This document shows positions 17,199 to 25,847 of a stretch of DNA of 33,774 bases, piece by piece. Position numbers and translations under genes: made by a program. The notes beneath the pieces are model-generated. The model was not told the origin of the DNA. It saw only the letters and a list, made by a program, of their open reading frames with translations, and made no database searches. Position 1 is the stretch's first letter. Each line of letters opens with the position of its first letter. The stretch lies in the sequence record DRR723986_5017; one strand, given 5' to 3'.

Positions 17199-18947
17199 CT
17201 ACAGCACAAGCGGACCGACAACGCAGACGGCGAGCAAGGTGACGAGAATGACCGATATCAGGTTCAACAAGAAGCCTGCGCGGATCATCTGCGGAACCGT
17301 GATCATTCCGGATCCAAACACGATCGCATTCGGCGGAGTCGCTACCGGTAGCATGAATGCACAACTGGATGCAATTGTAGCAGGAATAACAAGGAGAAGT
17401 GGGTGAATACCGAGTCCCGGAGCAAGCGCTGCAAGGATCGGCACCAGCGAAGCCGTCGTGGCGGCATTGGACGTCAGTTCAGTCATGAAAACAATTGCGG
17501 TCACAACACAGGCAATCGTCAGAATGGGCGGTAGCTGACCGATCTGTTCCGCTTGGCTGCCAATAAACTCCGCCACACCATTTCGTTTCACCGCCGCCGC
17601 CAGACTCAGCCCACCGCCGAAGAGCAACAGCACTCCCCAGGGGAGGCGTTCCGCTGTCGCCCAGTCCATCGTAAACTCCCGCCTGGCAACATTGACGGGA
17701 ATCATGAATAGAGAAATGGCCCCAATCATCGCTATGACGGAGTCATTCACAAACTGGAACGGACGGTACACTGTCGCTCCAAGCGTCAACTCGATCCCGC
17801 TGATTAACGGCCGAGTCAGCCATAGGGTGACAACAAATGCAAACACCGCCAGGGTGATCCGCTCCCCGCGACTCAGACGACCAAGCTTCTTAAGCTCTGA
17901 CGCAATTAACTGTGCTCCTCCGGCAACTTCGAAGCTCTTCAATGGGAAGGCGAACCGAGTGAGAACCAAGAACATAATGGGGAGAAACGCGGCGGTTAAG
18001 CTGACACCAATGGGTAGCCAACTGGCAAACGAGAACTCCCGCTGATACTCTTCAGCGATTTGGTCCCGCAGAAAGGTGATCAGAAAAGCGTTCGTCGGCG
18101 TGCCAATGATCGTCATCACGCCGCCAATACTGGCCGAATAGGCAATGGCCAGGAGCAGACACGTCGCGAAACGATTGGTTGTGGATTCGTCGATGCTGCT
18201 GTCCGATGCAGCTTGCTGTCGAAGCAGAGCAACCACGCTGAGTGCAATTGGCAGCATCATGGAGGTGGTAGCCGTGTTGGAAACAAACGCACTGAGCACG
18301 GCAGTGATGATCATAAAGCCGCCAATCATCGCGTTGGTCTTCGTTCCAACCAGCTTGAGCGTTAGCAGCGCCAACCGGCGGCCCAACCCCCATTTCTCCA
18401 TTGAGAATGCGAGAATGAATCCTGCGAAGTACAGAAAAATCAAATGGTGAGCGTACGGAGCGCTCGCGTCGGAAATCGTCCCGGCTCCCAACAACGGGAA
18501 TAGAACCAGAGGCAGAAGGCTGGTGGCACTGATGTGGATCGCTTCAGTCAACCACCAGATTCCCATCCAGGCGACGATGGCCAGCGTGACCCGACCCGCC
18601 CAACTGAACTCAAGGACTTCCGTTTCAACTGCATCCGAGGCGCTGGCTAAATTCTCACTAGCCGAAACAGTCTTGTTCCCTTCAGCGGCAGACGCCACGT
18701 CGCTCGAACCTCCGTCGCTCGAACCCACCGCTTTTCGTTGCAGGGAAGTGCTTAGAGAATCGGCGACTTTGCCGGTGCCAGTGCTTTCAGATCGAGTGCG
18801 TGTGTAGGAATGCGGGAGCAGCAGCAACAGGGCGACGGCAGTTGCAGGACCAAGGAACATGCCTATCCAACCCGTCATCCGGGACGAGCGACTGGCCATT
18901 GTGTTATCTGGAGCCCCTTGATCGTCGCTCGGATTTCCTTGAGTCAT
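17199..18947 (-). CDS. DASS/SLC13 sodium-coupled anion (dicarboxylate or sulfate) symporter
   Basis: WWLTEAIHISATSLLP; first SNT motif FVSNTATT; ASIGG-x-x-TIIGTPTN; LPWGVLLLFGGG; second motif TELTSNAAT; AFMLPVATPPNAIVFG. Confidence 0.95.
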   Translation of the reverse strand: MTQGNPSDDQGAPDNTMASRSSRMTGWIGMFLGPATAVALLLLLPHSYTRTRSESTGTGKVADSLSTSLQRKAVGSSDGGSSDVASAAEGNKTVSASENLASASDAVETEVLEFSWAGRVTLAIVAWMGIWWLTEAIHISATSLLPLVLFPLLGAGTISDASAPYAHHLIFLYFAGFILAFSMEKWGLGRRLALLTLKLVGTKTNAMIGGFMIITAVLSAFVSNTATTSMMLPIALSVVALLRQQAASDSSIDESTTNRFATCLLLAIAYSASIGGVMTIIGTPTNAFLITFLRDQIAEEYQREFSFASWLPIGVSLTAAFLPIMFLVLTRFAFPLKSFEVAGGAQLIASELKKLGRLSRGERITLAVFAFVVTLWLTRPLISGIELTLGATVYRPFQFVNDSVIAMIGAISLFMIPVNVARREFTMDWATAERLPWGVLLLFGGGLSLAAAVKRNGVAEFIGSQAEQIGQLPPILTIACVVTAIVFMTELTSNAATTASLVPILAALAPGLGIHPLLLVIPATIASSCAFMLPVATPPNAIVFGSGMITVPQMIRAGFLLNLISVILVTLLAVCVVGPLVL

Positions 18948-19927
18948 TACTGCCGCTCAAACACAGTCAGATGGTATCGAAAGTTCGGTCGGTACAGCCC
19001 AAGTGCAATCGTATATGCCGATGCAGTCAGGTGCTTCCACTGCCACTTGGTTACCTTTCGGCGAACAAGGAGCTTGAGAAAGTGTATCACGGAAAGATGG
19101 GCGGCATGCAGTGCGGAGGGTCCTAATCGCCAACCGCACTCAAACTCCTTCACCAGTTTCAATTTTCCGCCAGCATTCCATTTTCGTGCTAGTTCAATTT
19201 CGTGAAACATCGGCACTGCCCAGTTGTGAGCAACACCCTTCACGACGTGCTGGAAGACTCGCGAGGTCTTTTCAAGTGGCTGCGTGATGTAGCCGTCGGT
19301 CATCGCGACCAAGCCCCCGGGCTTGAGCACACGGGCCACCTCGGCCAGAGCGGTCTCTGGTTCAGTGCTATGACATAGACTCTCCAGGAAAAATATCCGA
19401 TCCACACTTGCGTCTGCCAGGGGCAATGTGTGGTAGTCGGCGCAGTGGTATTGAACACGCTGGTCGGTATGCCGACGTTTCGCCTCTTCGACCTGTTCCG
19501 GCGAGATTGTGACAGCATGAAACTGCAAGTTCGGAAACAGTCCCGAGCCAAACCTCGAGACAGCTCCCATGCCGCAGCCGAGGTCCGCAACGACGCCACT
19601 TTCCAATTTCTCGAGGCCAAGGTTCTTGAAGATGACACGGTTCATCTCTTCAAGCATACCTTTGCGAACAAACGGATTGAGCCAAGGGCGCCAGTACCCG
19701 AAGTGCAGGTAGCCTTCCTTACTCCAAACGCCGTAGTCGATGACCGTGTCGTTGTAGTAGTCCGCAATGTCTTGCCGCGGCTCGGAACGTTCGGCTGCAT
19801 CTGTTGGATCGGCTTCCACGGTCTCGCAGCGGCCCTTTGCCCAGTCATCCGCTTCGGGTCCGTTCGCCGCGGAATGTGTTTCGTCTACTTGTTCGCTTGA
19901 CAATGTTGTGATCCGAATTGTGATCAA
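18947..19927 (-). CDS. Class I SAM-dependent methyltransferase (sterol/tocopherol-methyltransferase-like)
   Basis: IADYY...LHFGYW; motif I VADLGCGMG; VTISPEQ; ADY-x-x-LP; ESLCH; RVLKPGG. The stop codon overlaps the transporter ATG (TAATG). Start codon uncertain. Confidence 0.88.
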   Translation of the reverse strand: MITIRITTLSSEQVDETHSAANGPEADDWAKGRCETVEADPTDAAERSEPRQDIADYYNDTVIDYGVWSKEGYLHFGYWRPWLNPFVRKGMLEEMNRVIFKNLGLEKLESGVVADLGCGMGAVSRFGSGLFPNLQFHAVTISPEQVEEAKRRHTDQRVQYHCADYHTLPLADASVDRIFFLESLCHSTEPETALAEVARVLKPGGLVAMTDGYITQPLEKTSRVFQHVVKGVAHNWAVPMFHEIELARKWNAGGKLKLVKEFECGWRLGPSALHAAHLSVIHFLKLLVRRKVTKWQWKHLTASAYTIALGLYRPNFRYHLTVFERQ

Positions 19928-19989
19928 GAGAGAACGAACTGAATTGCAGCCCAGAGTCCGGTTGGATATTGGCCAATCAACACTGGCGT

Positions 19990-21993
19990 CTAGTAACGTT
20001 TTAGCTTGCGATCAAGCGTTGACCGTTCGATGCCGAGAATTTTGGCTGCCGCCGACTTGTTGCCTTCGGTGTGCTCAAGGGTCGAATGAATGTGTTCGCG
20101 TTCGATATCTGCCAAGCTCATTTCCCGATACACTCCCGACGCGGCGGCCTCTGTTTCAGCCAGCGATGAAGGATCGACGGGCGACAGGTTCAGGTCTTCC
20201 GGCATGAGAAGTTCCGACTCCCCCAGGACGAGAGCGCGTTCGACCGCATTGCGAAGTTCACGGACGTTGCCGGGCCAGGCGTGTTGCTGCATGAGCTTTG
20301 CCGCTTCAGGTGAAACGCCCTTGATGGCCGATGCACTGCGGGCGCCGAGCGTTTTCATGAAGTGCTCAACCAACAGCGGGATGTCTTCGGTCCTGGATCG
20401 AAGCGGCGGGACCTGCATTTCAATCACGCGCAAGCGGAAGTAGAGGTCGGACCGAAACTCCTTTTCCTTGACAGCCTCCTCCAAGTCGCGGTTGGTAGCA
20501 GCAACGACACGCACATCGGTATGAATCGGTTTGTGACCACCAAGTCGCTCGAAGGGCTGGCCCTCAAGAACTCGCAAGAACTTAGCTTGAAGCTCGAGAG
20601 GCATTTCGCCAATCTCGTCCAGAAAGATGGTCCCTTGGTGGGCGGCTTCGAACTTGCCGATCTTTCGTTCGGTAGCACCGGTGAATGCCCCCTTCTCATG
20701 TCCGAACAATTCACTCTCCAGCAGCGTCGGCGCAAGAGCGGCACAATTCAGACACACCAGTGGAGCGTCTTTACGCATGCTTGAATCGTGAATCTCGCGG
20801 GCAACGAGCTCCTTGCCCACGCCACTTTCACCGCGTATCAAGACAGTTGCGTTGGTCGGTCCGGCACGACGTATCGACGCGCGCACTCGTTCAAGTGCCT
20901 CACTTTCACCGACCATGGATGAAGCAATACTCAACTGCTCTTTGAGCTCGGCAATCTGGCGTCGCGACTTATCGAGCGATTGCTCCAGAGTTGACTTCTC
21001 AGCCTGCTTGGCAAGGGCAATGGAGAGGTTGTCGGCGACACCGACGATGACATCCAAGTCTTCTTTACTTAACGGACGCTGGTTGTCGTCAGTGCACAGA
21101 TGAACAACCGCGATGACTTGGTCACGCTGGCTAAGTTCGGCAAAGACGGGAGCGCAGGCAACGCTGCCAGTGCCGGCGCTCGCTTTTGGCGCGGTGTCTT
21201 CGTTGGACGACGAGAGTTTTGCATCATCGCTAATGTTCCGCGCCAAGACCGCCTGCTTGTCTTCAATAACACTTTGCAAAAGGAAATCGCTAACGCGTTG
21301 GTAGGCTCCGGAGTCCGACTGTCGCGTCGCGAGGATCTCGAGCGATTTGAGTTGTGGTGCCTTGGGTTTGCCGCCAACGTCCGTTTTGATCACGCCTCCG
21401 CACGCCACGTCGAGTTGTCCAGTCAGGTGGTCGAGTGCCTTTTGCGCGGCATCTTGTTCAGTCGTGCAAAGGACCAGGTCGTAAACGAGTCCGTAGAAGA
21501 ATGCGGCCTGGGCAGCCTCCGAAGCCTGGCTCTTCAAGAAGTCTGGCGTCGGGATCGACCATTGGGATCCCCCTTGTCGATCGACAATCGATGGCTTCCC
21601 CAAATCGAGGGTCTGGCTTCCCGCTGGGCTAGCGAGTTCGACCGGTTCTACGGGAAGGTTGGTTCCTGTCAGCGACTCGGTGAATTTCAGGTCACAGCTC
21701 CCGACCGAAACGATCTCGCCGTCGGTCAATCGCCAAGTCTCTTCGATTCGCTTCCGATTAACTAAGGTTCCGTTCCTGGATCCGAGGTCGCGGACCACCC
21801 ATCCGGACGGTGTGCTGGCAATCTCCGCGTGTTTTCGGCTGACGGCTTCTTCCTTGACGACGACCTGACATTGTGAAGAACGGCCGATAAGGGCATTTTC
21901 GCCTGCATTAATACGTACAACTTCGGTCCATCGTGTGCCATCCTGGCGAATGAGATACGCCGGGGGGCTTTCTTGAGAGGTACTTTGTTGCAT
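19990..21993 (-). CDS. FHA-GAF-AAA+-HTH sigma54-dependent transcriptional activator
   Basis: FHA: IGRS...VSRKHA...[11 protein letters not shown]-like middle region. Walker [41 protein letters not shown]. Fis-type [20 protein letters not shown]. Confidence 0.96.
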   Translation of the reverse strand: MQQSTSQESPPAYLIRQDGTRWTEVVRINAGENALIGRSSQCQVVVKEEAVSRKHAEIASTPSGWVVRDLGSRNGTLVNRKRIEETWRLTDGEIVSVGSCDLKFTESLTGTNLPVEPVELASPAGSQTLDLGKPSIVDRQGGSQWSIPTPDFLKSQASEAAQAAFFYGLVYDLVLCTTEQDAAQKALDHLTGQLDVACGGVIKTDVGGKPKAPQLKSLEILATRQSDSGAYQRVSDFLLQSVIEDKQAVLARNISDDAKLSSSNEDTAPKASAGTGSVACAPVFAELSQRDQVIAVVHLCTDDNQRPLSKEDLDVIVGVADNLSIALAKQAEKSTLEQSLDKSRRQIAELKEQLSIASSMVGESEALERVRASIRRAGPTNATVLIRGESGVGKELVAREIHDSSMRKDAPLVCLNCAALAPTLLESELFGHEKGAFTGATERKIGKFEAAHQGTIFLDEIGEMPLELQAKFLRVLEGQPFERLGGHKPIHTDVRVVAATNRDLEEAVKEKEFRSDLYFRLRVIEMQVPPLRSRTEDIPLLVEHFMKTLGARSASAIKGVSPEAAKLMQQHAWPGNVRELRNAVERALVLGESELLMPEDLNLSPVDPSSLAETEAAASGVYREMSLADIEREHIHSTLEHTEGNKSAAAKILGIERSTLDRKLKRY

Positions 21994-22116
21994 TGGCGTT
22001 CGGCGCGGAGTAATCTAGGGGAAGCCTTTTCTTGTAAACCTGCCAGCTTCAATCTTAGCGGCTCATCCTACTTCTGTAGCGGCCGAGCCGAAGAAAATCT
22101 TCTCCGGAGTCTGAGA

Positions 22117-23505
22117 ATGATCAGCCGACACCCATTAAGGATTGTTGGAAAGTCCGCGCGCCACATCGCGCTGGCTGCTTTATTTGTCGCGACTAGTTTG
22201 TCGGCAGGCACCGCGCGTGCTCAATTCGGCTTTGGCAATTTCAATCGCCAAGGCGTCGTTGGTGGTGTCAGTATTGATGCCTCCGGTGTGGTCCGAGGTG
22301 CGACTGCACAGGAAATGAACAAGACACTGGCCGAGCTGCGAAAAGACATCGTGGCTGGCAAGGTGGATGGTTCAGAGCAGCGTGTTGTATCCCTCAAAGG
22401 TTTGCAAGACGAACTGAAGAATGCACTGGCAGAGAACCGCGTTGTCGCTGAAGAAGCACGGTACATGGCCGGGCTGACTCGTGTCGAGTATGTCTTTGTT
22501 GACGAGAAGAACAACGACCTTCTTTTGGCTGGCCCTGCTGAGGCATGGGAAGTCGCCAAGGACGGGAGTGTCGTCGGCACCAAGACTGGTCGCCCCATCG
22601 TTCAGTTGGTCGACCTGATCACGGCAATGCACCTGGTCAAGGAAGCTCGAAATGCCCCGATTTCGGTATCGATCGACCCAACACCAGAAGGTCAACAGCG
22701 TTTGCAACGGCTCTTGAGCCGCGTTCGTACTGGTCCTGGATTCAATCCCGCCGCACTTGAGCCCGCAATGCGTAAAGCGTTCGGGGCACAACTAGTGAAG
22801 CTTTCAACTGCTCCCGCTAGCAGCCGGATGGCCAACACGCTGCTCGCAGCAGACTACCAGATGAAGCGAATTGCGATGAACCTATCGCCTTCTCCGGTGA
22901 GCGACCTGCCCAGCTATATGAACATGGTCCGCAATGGTGGACTTTCTGCTGGCAAGCAACCTCGCTGGTGGATCGCCTCTGAGTATGAATCGATCAATCA
23001 CTCGGCTGACCGACTTGCTTGGCAATTGAAAGGGCAAGGCGTTCGAGCGATGACAGAAGATCAGTACATCGACGAACAAGGCAACCGAATCGGTACTGGT
23101 AAAACCAACAAGTCAGCCAAGAAATGGGCAGATCTGTTCACCGACAAGTACGAGGAACTGTGCAGCGTTCAACCTGTGTTCGGCGAACTGCGAAACGTAA
23201 TCGACCTTAACGTCGTTGCGACCCTGATCCAAGCACAAGAGCTGGAAGCCGCTGCTGGCTGTGATCTTTCGCTGATGCGTGGCGAAGGTGAAGAGCTGCC
23301 AATGCCTGAGTACAACTCGCCGAAGACGATCGCACCACAGTGCAGCTTTGTTAAAGGTGCGGCTGGTTGGATCGTGTCAGCAAGTGGCGGTGTCGATGTG
23401 AACCCTTGGAAGATTGTTGCGACTCAATCAAAAGTTGATGAAACCGCCGGAAAGACTCGCGACACCGCAGTCGAAGGCCGCGGCGAGTCATTTTGGTGGA
23501 ACTAA
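22117..23505 (+). CDS. Secreted DUF1598-like planctomycete protein
   Basis: Signal peptide ending ARA-Q. VGGVSIDASG, VSLKGL, YMAGLTRVEYVF, LLAGPAE, ADYQMKRIAM, RWW and SGGV match my recollection of DUF1598. ATG 22117 chosen to avoid the overlap. Confidence 0.8.
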   Translation: MISRHPLRIVGKSARHIALAALFVATSLSAGTARAQFGFGNFNRQGVVGGVSIDASGVVRGATAQEMNKTLAELRKDIVAGKVDGSEQRVVSLKGLQDELKNALAENRVVAEEARYMAGLTRVEYVFVDEKNNDLLLAGPAEAWEVAKDGSVVGTKTGRPIVQLVDLITAMHLVKEARNAPISVSIDPTPEGQQRLQRLLSRVRTGPGFNPAALEPAMRKAFGAQLVKLSTAPASSRMANTLLAADYQMKRIAMNLSPSPVSDLPSYMNMVRNGGLSAGKQPRWWIASEYESINHSADRLAWQLKGQGVRAMTEDQYIDEQGNRIGTGKTNKSAKKWADLFTDKYEELCSVQPVFGELRNVIDLNVVATLIQAQELEAAAGCDLSLMRGEGEELPMPEYNSPKTIAPQCSFVKGAAGWIVSASGGVDVNPWKIVATQSKVDETAGKTRDTAVEGRGESFWWN

Positions 23506-23563
23506 GCTCTTAACGAATCAGCTCGGAGCGCTTATCCCTGCTCGCTCCGAACCTTGCTGCCCT

Positions 23564-23602
23564 AAGCCGTGTCGAATGCATCAGCGTCGACACGGCTTTT
23601 TT
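23564..23602 (+). terminator. Rho-independent terminator after the DUF1598 gene
   Basis: Stem AAGCCGTGTCGA / TCGACACGGCTT with an 11-nt loop, running into a T6 tract. Confidence 0.8.
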
Positions 23603-23718
23603 CGTGCAGTATCACTCAGGGACTAACCATCGAAACCGCGTCTGACTTTCGCTCTCTGGTACCTATGAACCCTGGGGGCGACTCTCGGCGGCGTCTATGG
23701 ACGACCACCTGCGACTCC

Positions 23719-23747
23719 TTGAGAAACACGCCTGGTCGCAGTATCAT
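23719..23747 (+). promoter_or_regulatory. Putative sigma70 promoter for ilvN-ilvC
   Basis: TTGAGA (23719-23724), 17 bp, TATCAT (23742-23747). Each box is a 5/6 match to consensus. Confidence 0.6.
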
Positions 23748-24003
23748 GCGCCTCGAAAGTCAATCTGCGGCAATGCTCTGCCTTTGCAATAGCGCCCCAC
23801 TCCCCGTAATCTGCCCAAAGCCCCGTTCGGTGGTGCCACGGTCGGGTTGTGTGCGACGGAATCGCTGGCTGGCAGGATTACCCGCTGGGTCGTCCCCCGC
23901 GACGCTACCTTGATTTTCTATGGTCGGATTCGCCAATTGCCGCCCGGCGGCGGACATGCCGCGTTCCGATTATCGCTCAACGAACATTACTTAGGTACTT
24001 TCC

Positions 24004-24528
24004 ATGCGGCACGTGCTGTCAGCCCTCGTACAAAACGTCCCCGGTGTGCTTTCCCATATCTCCGGAATGCTCGCCTCTCGTGGCTACAACATCGACTCAC
24101 TAGCGGTCGGCGAAACCGAAAATCCAGAATTGTCTCGAATGACATTCGTGGTTGTCGGAGATGACCGAGTGCTTGATCAGGTTCGCAAGCAGCTAGAGAA
24201 GATTGTCACCGTCGTCGACGTCGAAGACATTAGCTCACAGGATAGTGTGGAACGCGACCTGATGCTGATTCGAGTGCAAGCTGCTCGCGGTAACCCTCGT
24301 AGCGAGATCTTTGAATTGGTCGAGATCTTTCGAGGAAAGGTTGTCGATGTCGGTCCCGATGAAGTCATGATTGAAATCTCGGGACGTGAAAGCAAGGTGG
24401 AGGCCTTCATCGAGCGCATGCGCCCCTATGGCATCAACCAGCTCGTTCGCACCGGCCGAATCGCGTTGGTCCGCGGCGGTGGTACCCAGCAGTGCGACGC
24501 GACCGAAACAGAAACCGCAACCGCCTAA
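24004..24528 (+). CDS. ilvN: Acetolactate synthase small (regulatory) subunit
   Basis: ACT domain MRHVLSALVQNVPGVLSHISG...RGYNIDSLAVG; QVRKQLEKIV; ERDLMLIRV; VRTGRIAL. Confidence 0.96.
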   Translation: MRHVLSALVQNVPGVLSHISGMLASRGYNIDSLAVGETENPELSRMTFVVVGDDRVLDQVRKQLEKIVTVVDVEDISSQDSVERDLMLIRVQAARGNPRSEIFELVEIFRGKVVDVGPDEVMIEISGRESKVEAFIERMRPYGINQLVRTGRIALVRGGGTQQCDATETETATA

Positions 24529-24672
24529 GTAACGAAACGAATCATTGGCGGGCATCTCTCTGTACAGCCAATCGTTCTGAGATATGCGAGCAGCCTTGAC
24601 GCCTGTTCGCAGCAACCGTTTGTAACGCGTCGATGACGCAGAACCAGAGAACTCCATACTTCGAAGAATCAC

Positions 24673-25680
24673 ATGGCCGCTACAATTTTTTACGATAATG
24701 ACGCCGACCTTTCGCACCTGAAGAATCGCACGATTGCGATCCTTGGATATGGTTCTCAAGGTCACGCCCAAGCTCAGAACCTGCGTGATAGCGGTTGTAA
24801 CGTAATCATCGGACAGCGTCCCGGCAGTGCTAACTACGACTTGGCTGTCAGCCACAAATTTGATCCAAAGTCCGTGGAGGACGCGGTCAAGGAAGCTGAC
24901 ATTATTAACGTCTTGCTTCCCGATGAAGTGCAGGGCGACATCTATCGCGAGAAGATTGCACCAAACTTGTCCAAGGGCAACGTTTTGATGTGCTCGCACG
25001 GTTTCAATCTTCACTTCGGCCAGATCGAGCCTCCTCAGGGCGTCGATACACTTCTGGTTGCGCCCAAAGGCCCTGGCCACTTGGTTCGTAGCGAATACGT
25101 CAAGGGTGGCGGCGTTCCCGGTCTGATCGCACTCGGCGATGGTGCCAGCGACACGACTCGTCAAATTGGCCTCGCCTACGCGAAGGGAATCGGTGCTACT
25201 CGCGGTGGAGTAATCGAAACGTCCATCGCAGAAGAAACCGAGACCGACCTGTTCGGCGAACAAGTCGTTTTGTGCGGCGGCGTCAGCGAGCTGGTCAAGG
25301 CCGCATTTGAAACACTAGTTGAAGCCGGTTACCAGCCAGAGATGGCATACTTCGAGTGCATGCACGAGTTGAAGTTGATCGTCGATCTCTTCTACGAAGG
25401 CGGCTTGAGCTACATGCGATACAGTGTCAGCAACACCGCTGAGTTCGGTGACTATGTCACTGGGCCGCGGATTATCACCGAAGACACGAAGAAGGTCATG
25501 AAGGAAGTTCTGGGCGAGATTCAATCTGGCAAGTTCGCCCGTGATTGGATCCTTGAGAACCGCGCCGGTGCTCCTGCCTTCAAGGCAACGCGGCGTCGCA
25601 ATCGTAACCACGAAATCGAAACCGTCGGCAAGCGTCTGCGGAAGTTGATGAGCTGGATTGACGACAAGACGGTCGACTAA
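24673..25680 (+). CDS. ilvC: Ketol-acid reductoisomerase
   Basis: GYGSQGHAQAQNLRDSG; LLPDE; HGFN; APKGPGH; ETETDLFGEQVVLCGG; AYFECMHELKLIVDL; SNTAEFG. Confidence 0.98.
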   Translation: MAATIFYDNDADLSHLKNRTIAILGYGSQGHAQAQNLRDSGCNVIIGQRPGSANYDLAVSHKFDPKSVEDAVKEADIINVLLPDEVQGDIYREKIAPNLSKGNVLMCSHGFNLHFGQIEPPQGVDTLLVAPKGPGHLVRSEYVKGGGVPGLIALGDGASDTTRQIGLAYAKGIGATRGGVIETSIAEETETDLFGEQVVLCGGVSELVKAAFETLVEAGYQPEMAYFECMHELKLIVDLFYEGGLSYMRYSVSNTAEFGDYVTGPRIITEDTKKVMKEVLGEIQSGKFARDWILENRAGAPAFKATRRRNRNHEIETVGKRLRKLMSWIDDKTVD

Positions 25681-25767
25681 CCGACGCCGTCAACGCTGGC
25701 AACTTGCCCTCACGCGATACTCGATTGGGCTGAAGTCGTCAGTTTAGAGATGAATACAGATTCGATC

Positions 25768-25797
25768 GGGCCCGCAAGTTCCTTCACTTGCGGGCCC
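25768..25797. terminator. GC-rich 12-bp hairpin between ilvC and uvrA (terminator-like or mRNA-stabilising)
   Basis: GGGCCCGCAAGT-TCCTTC-ACTTGCGGGCCC, followed by a weak T-rich tail ATCTTCGTTT. Confidence 0.55.
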
Positions 25798-25847
25798 ATC
25801 TTCGTTTCATACACGATCGATCACCGACCAGGAACAGGGAATCAGAA

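Noticed and set aside
23773-23913. Classical branched-chain amino acid attenuator leader peptide
   Set aside because: No tandem Ile/Leu/Val run beyond pairs, and no terminator/antiterminator with a U-tract before ilvN. Kept only as an open question under findings.
24235-25263. 342-aa antisense ORF over ilvN/ilvC
   Set aside because: Shadow ORF of conserved genes with no recognisable motifs.
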